Positions 1-6,432 are shown, counted from the first letter of the stretch. The stretch: 12,527 nucleotides of DNA from a candidate division WOR-3 bacterium (GCA_049969615.1 JBMFOM010000059.1:1-12527); one strand, 5' to 3'. Notes: a model not told the origin generated them from the letters alone. A program made the numbers and translations.

Positions 1-56
1 GGAAACTGGTTGACCTCGTCTTCACAGTCCTCACTACGGGGGTCTATTATGAATAA
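1..56 (+). mobile_element. 3' end of a probable IS110-family transposase/recombinase CDS (partial; gene extends off the left edge)
   Basis: Frame starting at nt 3 reads (R)KLVDLVFTVLTTGVYYE* with TAA at 54-56; the leading Arg is inferred from the nGG codon. This fits the IS110 C-terminal pattern RKLxxxx(F/Y)xVLx(S/T)Gxx(F/Y). From memory, IS621 reads RKLAQVAYGVLKSGVPFD here. Only 18 codons are visible. Confidence 0.6.
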
Positions 57-69
57 AATATTGGAGGGT

Positions 70-249
70 TGATAAAGCAATAATAACTTGCTGGTTTGGG
101 GAAGGAGCATTTTGTTCAAGAGAATAGGATCCTAAGAGGGGGCCACTTGAAAAATCCCACCGAGAGAGCATTTCATCAAAGTTCTCTTCTAGCTACGATG
201 AGCCTCCCAGATGGGTACAGGGGGCAAACAGGGATTTTTCAGGGGTTTC
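70..249 (+). repeat. Dispersed ~185-bp repeat (MITE/REPIN-like), copy 1, lacking the outer GAGACCTC end
   Basis: Colinear with 2496-2672 and with the reverse complements of 4458-4633 and 11731-11910. Internal inverted repeat TGAAAAATCCC (148-158) / GGGATTTTTCA (231-241). Ends in CAGGGGTTTC. Confidence 0.95.
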
Positions 250-324
250 GAAGGATAAATCCAGACCCGTTCATCCTACCCTTTCCTTTTACGGCCCTGA
301 GGGACAGGTGAAGCCTGCGCCAAG

Positions 325-1137
325 CTAATACCTGCTCATCTTTCCCCTCTTCTTCGCTTCCCTCAGGAAAAGGTGAAGGCTCAGGAACCCGAAAGCTGCG
401 TAACCGGCCAGGTTCAGGATGAGAACCAGGCCCGCGTCCGAAAACAGGACCTCCATAAGGCCCCTGCCCTCCACGACTACCCGCCGGAGGCACTCCGCGC
501 CAGGCCCGACCGGAGTCGCGTATGCCAGGAGCCTTATCCAGATGGGCTTGGAGCCGGGGTCAAAGAACACCCCGGAGAAGAAAAGCAAGACCCACTGGAC
601 GAGGCCAGTTGCGCTGCCGACCCTCTTGAAAACCAGGGCGAGGCCAAAGAAGAACACCCCCAGAAACATGGACGACGCGACAGGGAACGGGAATATTGCC
701 GCGACTCCGGCCCAGTTCACCGAAGGCAGGGAGAGGCTCCCACCCATGAGCTTATAAATGCCAAGTATGGCGAGAGCCATGAGCGCGAACCAGGCTGTGT
801 CCCTGACGAACGCGGAAAGTCCCCTTGAGAACAGGATGAGGCCAAAGGGCATGGGGGACATATAGACATGTTCCAGTGTCCCAAGGACCGCATCCTCCCA
901 GGCTATGTAGCTCATCTCATACATCAGGCTCATGGCATACCACCAGAGCATGAAGCCCATGAGCATCTTGAAGAAGGCCTCCGGTGAAACAGGGCCTGCC
1001 TGGGCCACGACCGCGACTATCCCAAGAAAAAGGATTGCCGAACCCATGACCCAGAAGAAGTAGTTGAACCCATAATACCTGAACTCCGCAAGGTATTTCA
1101 CGAAGTCAGCCCTTATCGCGTAGGCAAAGGCTCTCAT
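325..1137 (-). CDS. ABC-2 type exporter permease
   Basis: 270 aa with about 6 hydrophobic segments, GTLEHVYMSP and FFSGVFF...P motifs typical of ABC-2 permeases; ATGA overlap with the ATPase gene. Confidence 0.9.
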   Translation of the reverse strand: MRAFAYAIRADFVKYLAEFRYYGFNYFFWVMGSAILFLGIVAVVAQAGPVSPEAFFKMLMGFMLWWYAMSLMYEMSYIAWEDAVLGTLEHVYMSPMPFGLILFSRGLSAFVRDTAWFALMALAILGIYKLMGGSLSLPSVNWAGVAAIFPFPVASSMFLGVFFFGLALVFKRVGSATGLVQWVLLFFSGVFFDPGSKPIWIRLLAYATPVGPGAECLRRVVVEGRGLMEVLFSDAGLVLILNLAGYAAFGFLSLHLFLREAKKRGKMSRY

Positions 1138-2018
1138 CTCAGCGTCTCCCTAAAGAGGTCCTCAAGGTCCGTTTCCTCCTTCGCGACCTCAACTATCTCG
1201 GCCTTCCCAAGAACCGAGAGTGCGGGTCCGAGGTCGTCCTTGGAAACGGTCAGGGTTGTCAGGCCATCCGTTTTCTCTCGCTTCCCAGGCACACCATCCG
1301 GAATGCTTCCCCTCACAGTTATCCTGTATTCCACCCGGTAGGCGGGCAATCCTGCGAGTTCATCCTTCCTACCCTGCCATATCACCTTTCCCGCGGATAT
1401 AAACGCGAAACGGGCGCCCAGCTCCTCCGCGAGGGCCATGTTGTGCGTGGTCAGGACGATCGTCCTGCAACTGTCCCCTGCCCATTCCCTGATCATGTCC
1501 TTCACGGTCTCCGCGGAGAAAACATCAAGGCCAAGGGTAGGCTCGTCTAAAAACAGGTATTTTGGCTCCCTTATCATTGCTAGCCCAATAGCTACCTTTT
1601 GTTTCATGCCCTTTGAAAGCTTGGTGAAACTCTCTTTTCTTTTTTCCAGAAGCCCAAGCCTCTCAAGCAGGTGATCAACCCTCTCCCGGAGAACCCTCCC
1701 CGGTATCCCCCAGAGATAACCAAAATACATCAGATTATCGTGGACTGAAAGATACCCATAAGCGTTCTCCGCGTTCTCAAAGACCGCGGCGATCATTCTC
1801 TGCAGGCCCTTAGTGCGCCTCCGGATGCTCTCGTTGTTGAAGAAGACATCCCCATGGTCCGGAAGGAGAACCCCGCAGGCTATCTTGATAAGGGTGGTCT
1901 TACCCGCGCCGTTCGGCCCCAGGAGGCAAAAAATACCCTCCGGGACATCAAGGCTCAGGCCGTCCAAGGCCACGGTCTTTCTGCCATATCTTTTGTGCAA
2001 ACAATCAAAGCGTATCAT
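1134..2018 (-). CDS. ABC exporter ATP-binding subunit (DrrA/CcmA-like)
   Basis: Walker A GPNGAGKT, signature LSKGMKQK, Walker B LFLDEP, H-loop TTH; GAGGT SD at 2027-2031 on the minus strand. Confidence 0.95.
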   Translation of the reverse strand: MIRFDCLHKRYGRKTVALDGLSLDVPEGIFCLLGPNGAGKTTLIKIACGVLLPDHGDVFFNNESIRRRTKGLQRMIAAVFENAENAYGYLSVHDNLMYFGYLWGIPGRVLRERVDHLLERLGLLEKRKESFTKLSKGMKQKVAIGLAMIREPKYLFLDEPTLGLDVFSAETVKDMIREWAGDSCRTIVLTTHNMALAEELGARFAFISAGKVIWQGRKDELAGLPAYRVEYRITVRGSIPDGVPGKREKTDGLTTLTVSKDDLGPALSVLGKAEIVEVAKEETDLEDLFRETLR

Positions 2019-2096
2019 CGTGATATACCTCTATGGTTTGAAAAAGGGCCTATTGATGGGGTTCTGGCGTAGGATAAATCAGCTGTGCGAGAGCGC

Positions 2097-2113
2097 GAGC
2101 CCCTCCGGGGCTC
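2097..2113. promoter_or_regulatory. Perfect 7-bp GC-rich hairpin in the ABC operon leader
   Basis: GAGCCCC-TCC-GGGGCTC; no U-tract on the minus strand, so not a clear intrinsic terminator. Confidence 0.4.
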
Positions 2114-2176
2114 AATTTCCCAGCATTATTTTAGAGACTGATCACCATTCAGTATCACCTCCTCTGAGGCGAGAAA

Positions 2177-2206
2177 ATTATAATGGGAATGGCCAGCTGG
2201 TTGCAA
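2177..2206 (-). promoter_or_regulatory. sigma70-type promoter for the ABC operon
   Basis: Minus strand TTGCAA-N18-TATAAT, followed by AGGAGGTG (2163-2156). Confidence 0.6.
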
Positions 2207-2211
2207 GCGCG

Positions 2212-2471
2212 CGGTGGGGGTTCTACAGGATCTCAAAGTTCCTGGAGAATCCCATCTCTCCGGACATGCTATTCCAGAGAGGGCGATCGGTCTTCTACAC
2301 CTCCGAGGATGAGTGTGCCTCTCCGTTTATGACCCGGTCGGCAAGCTCGTGAAGAGGTTGACCTTTGAGCCTGCAACTAACAAAATTCTTGATCTGGACC
2401 TGCGGCCTGGCGTCTATTTTCTTGAGATGAGAACCGGCTCATACAGGCTTCACCTTAAAGTGCTGATCTGA
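2212..2471 (+). pseudogene. Truncated, frameshifted remnant of a T9SS C-terminal sorting-domain (Por secretion tail) protein
   Basis: 2313-2471 reads VCLSVYDPVGKLVKRLTFEPATNKILDLDLRPGVYFLEMRTGSYRLHLKVLI*, with the VYDxxGKLV, PGVYFL and terminal KVLI hallmarks of type A CTDs. It is preceded by an in-frame TGA (2310-2312), and the upstream part appears to lie in another frame (...SVFYTSEDE). The 5' boundary is approximate. Confidence 0.7.
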
Positions 2472-2487
2472 TTTCCAATAGCATGGC

Positions 2488-2672
2488 GAGACCTCTGATA
2501 AAGTATTAATAACTTACTGGCTTGAGCCAGGAGCGCTTTGTCCAAGAGAACAGGGTTCTCAGAGGGTCCTTGAAAAATCTCGCCAAGGGGACATTTCCTC
2601 AAGGTTCCCTTCTAGCTACGATGAGGCTTTTGGATGGGGACCAAGGGCAAGCCGGGATTTTTCAGGGGTTTC
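2488..2672 (+). repeat. Dispersed ~185-bp repeat, copy 2 (complete)
   Basis: GAGACCTCTGATAAAG...GGGATTTTTCAGGGGTTTC; the outer ends are imperfect inverted repeats (12/15); inner IR at 2568-2581 / 2654-2667. Confidence 0.95.
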
Positions 2673-2718
2673 AATCAGGTGTAAGGTTTCCCGTGTTTCT
2701 TTGGAGGATCAGTGAAGA

Positions 2719-3504
2719 TCAGATGCTCAACCTGTAGAGCTTTGTGGGGTTTGACCTGAATATCTTTTCAATGACTTTTTTCTCAACGCCCTTGCGCTCC
2801 ATGTGAAAGACCAGCTTTGGCAGAACGAGGGGATCGTTTGAGAACGAAGAAAGGTCAGAAGAAATGAGCAGGTGATCCGGATCGTATTCCTCAAAGAGCA
2901 AGGCCGGCGTCAGGTTCTCCGGCTGGACAAAGGGATAAGGGGGCCACAGGCTCACCCCTGTCCAGTAACCAGCTTCAACCGCTTCCTTTGAGAGGTTGGG
3001 ATCGAGGTGGTCAATGACGACAAGATGCGGTGGAATGTCCGTCTCTTCAAGTATCTTCATCACCCTGTTGAAGACGCGCTTCTTGTGTTCATATGGCGTT
3101 GAGATCAAAATGGGCTTGTTGGTGTCCCTTGCCATCCCCACCTGAGCTTTCAGGACTTCCCTCTGCAATTTGTCGTTCGGATCAATCAACCCCGTCTCGC
3201 CTATGGCTACCGCCCCATCCTGGGAAAGGAGCTCCGGAATGTAGTCCAGCAGTTCAAAGACATCGTGAGGAATAGCTCCAGGGTGAATGCCAAACCCAAC
3301 ATAAAGCTTTAGACCCGCCTTCTCCGCCCTCTCGCGCTCCAAACGCAGGAGCCGGTCATAGTGATCCAGATAAACCTCTTTTGAGGACATCTTGAAGACA
3401 TCGTGGGAGAGCGCCACAGCCCAACGGACATTAGCCAGGACCATGGCCTCCAGGTCGTTGTAGCTCCTGACATCTATATGGAGATGCGTATCAAATATGT
3501 ACAT
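2719..3504 (-). CDS. TatD-related TIM-barrel metal-dependent hydrolase (COG1099-like)
   Basis: DTHLHIDVRSYNDLEAM, GIHP, IGETG, IDH and SSD motifs. Start moved from 3510 to the second ATG (3504) because TATAAT directly abuts the first ATG. Confidence 0.85.
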   Translation of the reverse strand: MYIFDTHLHIDVRSYNDLEAMVLANVRWAVALSHDVFKMSSKEVYLDHYDRLLRLERERAEKAGLKLYVGFGIHPGAIPHDVFELLDYIPELLSQDGAVAIGETGLIDPNDKLQREVLKAQVGMARDTNKPILISTPYEHKKRVFNRVMKILEETDIPPHLVVIDHLDPNLSKEAVEAGYWTGVSLWPPYPFVQPENLTPALLFEEYDPDHLLISSDLSSFSNDPLVLPKLVFHMERKGVEKKVIEKIFRSNPTKLYRLSI

Positions 3505-3510
3505 GGGCAT

Positions 3511-3516
3511 ATTATA
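3511..3516 (-). promoter_or_regulatory. -10 box giving a probable leaderless transcript of the TatD-like gene
   Basis: Minus strand TATAAT-ATGCCC-ATG; no SD. Confidence 0.55.
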
Positions 3517-3560
3517 AGGGATTTGCTTGGCCCTGCGCCATTACGAGACAGTTCCCGGAT

Positions 3561-3590
3561 TTGACACCCGGCTTGATCAGGAGCCATAAT
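3561..3590 (+). promoter_or_regulatory. sigma70-type promoter of mlaE
   Basis: TTGACA (3561-3566)-N18-CATAAT (3585-3590), 9 nt upstream of ATG 3600. The ORF-track TTG start is really the -35 box. Confidence 0.65.
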
Positions 3591-3599
3591 TTCGGCCTG

Positions 3600-4373
3600 A
3601 TGAATTCTTGGCTTTTGCCCTTTAGGCCGATAGTGGTCTTTTTCTACCACCTGGGTGGCATAGGTGAGCTCATGTGGGGAACATTGCTCTCCCTCCGCGA
3701 GATAAACAAGGTTCCCCGACTGCTCTGGGTTCAGCTCTCTTACATGGCAATGGGTTCTTTGCCCCTGGTCTTGGTTACATCCGCTTTCGTGGGTATGGTT
3801 GCCGCGGTGCAGACCGCTTATCAGATAAGGGATTTCGTGCCAATGATGTATCTAGGAGTGGGAGTGGCAAAGGCTGTGATGATAGAATTGGGGCCTGTGC
3901 TTGTGGCGCTGGTTTTTGCCGGCCGTGTTGGCGCGGGGATAGCCGCGGAGCTGGGAACTATGCGCGTCACAGAGCAGATAGACGCGCTGGAGCTCATGGC
4001 AATAGACCCATACCGTTACCTTGCCCTTCCCAGGCTCCTTGGTGCCATAATATCCGTTCCTCTCTTAACCGTCCTGGGCGAGGCCATCGCGCTCATTGGC
4101 GCGCTGTTTGTCGCCAGGTATGTCCTCTTTGTGCCAGTGGAAACCTTTACCCATGGCATGAGGATATACTTCGTGGCAAAGGACCTCCTGGGTGGCCTGG
4201 CAAAGGCGCTTGTTTTTGGTGCAATAGTCTCCCTGATGGGGGTCTATTTTGGATACAACGCGAAGGGTGGTGCAGTTGGGGTCGGTAGGGCAACCACCCA
4301 GGCCGTTGTGGCCTCAAGCCTCCTCATTCTGGCCGCGGATTATGTGCTTGGGACGATAATATTTTCAAAATAA
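3600..4373 (+). CDS. mlaE: MlaE/YrbE family ABC permease
   Basis: ELGPVLVALVFAGRVGAGIAAELGTMRVTEQIDALELMAIDP and GGAVGVGRATTQAVV are diagnostic MlaE motifs. Confidence 0.93.
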   Translation: MNSWLLPFRPIVVFFYHLGGIGELMWGTLLSLREINKVPRLLWVQLSYMAMGSLPLVLVTSAFVGMVAAVQTAYQIRDFVPMMYLGVGVAKAVMIELGPVLVALVFAGRVGAGIAAELGTMRVTEQIDALELMAIDPYRYLALPRLLGAIISVPLLTVLGEAIALIGALFVARYVLFVPVETFTHGMRIYFVAKDLLGGLAKALVFGAIVSLMGVYFGYNAKGGAVGVGRATTQAVVASSLLILAADYVLGTIIFSK

Positions 4374-4457
4374 AACAACGGCACACCCGCGGCTGTCCGG
4401 GAGTCTCGTTTCTTCGGTCTGCAAGTTCCCCGCTAATGTCCATGAGACAAAATTATG

Positions 4458-4641
4458 GAAACCCCTGAAAAATCCCGGTTTGTCCCTGGTCCCATCCGGG
4501 AGCCTCATCATAACCAGAAGAGAACCCTGAGGAAATGCCATTGTTGTGGGATTTTTCAGGGGGCCTCTTAGAACCCTGTTCTCTTGGACAAAGTGCTCCT
4601 CCCCCAAACCAGTGAGTTATTACTACCTTGTCAGAGGTCTC
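4458..4641 (-). repeat. Dispersed ~185-bp repeat, copy 3 (complete), flanked by the direct repeat AATTATG(G)
   Basis: GAAACCCCTGAAAAATCCC...TCAGAGGTCTC on the + strand; perfect 15-bp IR at 4462-4476 / 4548-4562; AATTATGG at 4451-4458 and 4642-4649. Confidence 0.95.
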
Positions 4642-4652
4642 AATTATGGTTG

Positions 4653-4697
4653 TTGACATCCGTGCAGATACATTATAATTTGCCCGGCAATCGGAGG
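4653..4697 (+). promoter_or_regulatory. Promoter and RBS for the YbjN-like gene
   Basis: TTGACA (4653-4658) and TATAAT (4674-4679), with a spacer of only 15 bp; GGAGG at 4693-4697. Confidence 0.55.
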
Positions 4698-4701
4698 CAA
4701 T

Positions 4702-5208
4702 ATGTCATATGCTAACGAAAAACACGAGGCCGCCCACAGGCAATTGGGCGAGATGCTGAAGCACCTCTTCGGCGAGGCAAACATAGGAACTCTGGATGAC
4801 ATAACCTACTATATCTGGTCAGGCTCAACTGTCGTCCACTTCACAACAGAGACATATGGCCGGGATGACGAGCCCATGGTTGAGATATGGGCCAAGGTCA
4901 CAGTAGGAACACCCCTCTCGGACGCGCTGGCGCGCTACCTTATTGTGGAGAACTCAAACCTGAACTTCGGCGGGTTCCGCTTCTATCCCTGGAAAGATGA
5001 TCCCAATACCGGGAATGTGGTGTTTGAACAGCGCCTCCCCTTCTACATGATAACCGATGAGGCCATAGAACACTTCACAGAAATGGTCGCCTGGACCGGA
5101 GATCACTATGACCAAGATATAGCTCAGACCTATGGCGGAAAGACCATGAAGGAGATCGTCTCGGAACCAGATGAAGGCTCATCAAAAGACGAGGAATGGG
5201 AAAAGTAA
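4702..5208 (+). CDS. YbjN / type III chaperone-like domain protein
   Basis: 168 aa, acidic, with GSTVV and LARYLIVENSNLNFGGF patterns typical of the YbjN/T3SS-chaperone fold; good SD. Confidence 0.7.
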   Translation: MSYANEKHEAAHRQLGEMLKHLFGEANIGTLDDITYYIWSGSTVVHFTTETYGRDDEPMVEIWAKVTVGTPLSDALARYLIVENSNLNFGGFRFYPWKDDPNTGNVVFEQRLPFYMITDEAIEHFTEMVAWTGDHYDQDIAQTYGGKTMKEIVSEPDEGSSKDEEWEK

Positions 5209-5237
5209 GGCCAGGCCTCACAACCTGGCCGGTTTCT
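5209..5237 (+). terminator. Possible terminator hairpin
   Basis: GGCCAGG-N8-CCTGGCC immediately after the stop codon; weak U-tract (GGTTTCT). Confidence 0.45.
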
Positions 5238-5267
5238 CAAACCAACCCCGTGGCACTTGCTGGCCAA

Positions 5268-5302
5268 AACCAGGAACCAGGAACTAACAATCCACAACCA
5301 CA
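5268..5302 (+). repeat. Degenerate heptamer tandem repeat (5 units)
   Basis: AACCAGG AACCAGG AACTAAC AATCCAC AACCACA. Confidence 0.55.
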
Positions 5303-6403
5303 CTGATAACCGAGGTTCGCTCCCTGTTTCCCGCTCTGGCGAGGTTCACATATCTGAACTGCGCTGGTCAGGGTCCTTTGAACACATGGGCCGCGACCCG
5401 CGTCGCGTCAATCCTGAAGACCTACATGACCAGTGGCTTTCTAGCTATATCCGAATGGAAGGCCATCCAGACAGAGGCAAGGTCTCTTCTGGCCCAGGTG
5501 ATGGCTGTTTTGCCCTCAGAGCTTGCCTTTACCCAGAGCACGACCAGGGGCATCCGAATAGCAATGGAGGCTATCCCTTGGCGGGATGGGGACAATGTAG
5601 TTGTTCAGCAGAAGGCCTTTCCGGCGCTGGTTTATCCGTGGGTCCACTCGCCGGTCCGTGGAGTTGAGGTCAGGTGGGCGACCGGGCCACACTCTGGCCT
5701 GGTGGATGTGATAAGGGGCCTGGTTGACCCCAAAACACGGGCCGTCTTTGTTGATTGGGTTCATTTCGTCACCGGCGAGATGGTGGATCTCGCGGCCTTG
5801 TCCCAAATGGCAGATGAGAGGGGATTCTATCTTGTTGTTGATACAACCCAGGGTCTCGGCCCCCTATTCCCCGACCTCTCATCCCTGAGGATTGATTTCC
5901 TGGCCAACACCGCGGCGAAGTGGCTTTTGGGCATAGAGGGATTGGCGTTCCTCTGTATCCGGAAGGAAGCAATGGATAACCTGCAGCCAGGGCCATTGGG
6001 CTGGCTTTCCGGACAATACGAGACCTTCTCCAGGCTTTTTCCGATGCCGGAGCCGGATCCCGGCGCACCCAGGTTTGAGGAGGGTAGCAGGGCCGTGATG
6101 CTCATCGCGGGATTCTCTGAAAGCTTGAAAATATTTCTCGGCGTCGGCAAAGAGCAGATAGCTTCAAAGGTGCGCGAGCTGACGGGACTTCTCATGGACG
6201 CGCTTGAGGAGAGAGGGTTTTACGTTGCTACCCCGCGAGAGCCACGGGCCGGCATAGTCTCATTCAGGCCAGGGGGGAATCCGGAGGAATATTACCAGCG
6301 CCTACGCGACGCGGGAGTAATTGTATCGCTCCGTGAGGGTTTGATAAGGGTCTCGCCACATTTCTTCAATACAACCGAGGAAATAAGGAGGGTTCTGATC
6401 TAG
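5303..6403 (+). CDS. Aminotransferase class V PLP enzyme (cystine lyase / isopenicillin-N-epimerase-like; no SufS/IscS catalytic Cys motif)
   Basis: VDTTQGLG, AAKWLLG (PLP Lys), RFEEGS and IRVSPHFFN motifs. The conserved N-terminus RSLFPAL...YLNCAGQGP lies in frame upstream of the track's TTG 5378, so the start is placed tentatively at CTG 5303. Confidence 0.85.
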   Translation: MITEVRSLFPALARFTYLNCAGQGPLNTWAATRVASILKTYMTSGFLAISEWKAIQTEARSLLAQVMAVLPSELAFTQSTTRGIRIAMEAIPWRDGDNVVVQQKAFPALVYPWVHSPVRGVEVRWATGPHSGLVDVIRGLVDPKTRAVFVDWVHFVTGEMVDLAALSQMADERGFYLVVDTTQGLGPLFPDLSSLRIDFLANTAAKWLLGIEGLAFLCIRKEAMDNLQPGPLGWLSGQYETFSRLFPMPEPDPGAPRFEEGSRAVMLIAGFSESLKIFLGVGKEQIASKVRELTGLLMDALEERGFYVATPREPRAGIVSFRPGGNPEEYYQRLRDAGVIVSLREGLIRVSPHFFNTTEEIRRVLI

Positions 6404-6432
6404 GGCGGCCTGCCGGATTCCAGCCTTTGACA

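Noticed and set aside
96-311. Paralogous small ORFs (96-311, 2522-2737, 4365-4607, 4453-4659) sharing EHFVQENRVLRG..KN
   Set aside because: They are translations of the DNA repeat. The three aligned starts are TTG without SD, indels shift frames between copies, the stops lie in unrelated flanks, and copy 4 has no ORF in the track.
1813-2352. 179-aa + strand ORF
   Set aside because: Mostly antisense to the ABC ATPase and its leader; only the last ~35 codons before 2313 may belong to the T9SS remnant.
4538-4655. Variable segment of copy 3 shares TTGTTG with its own flank (4650-4655), as a guide/target match might
   Set aside because: Only 6 nt. Copy 4 has almost the same segment with an unrelated flank, and copies 1 and 2 show no such match.
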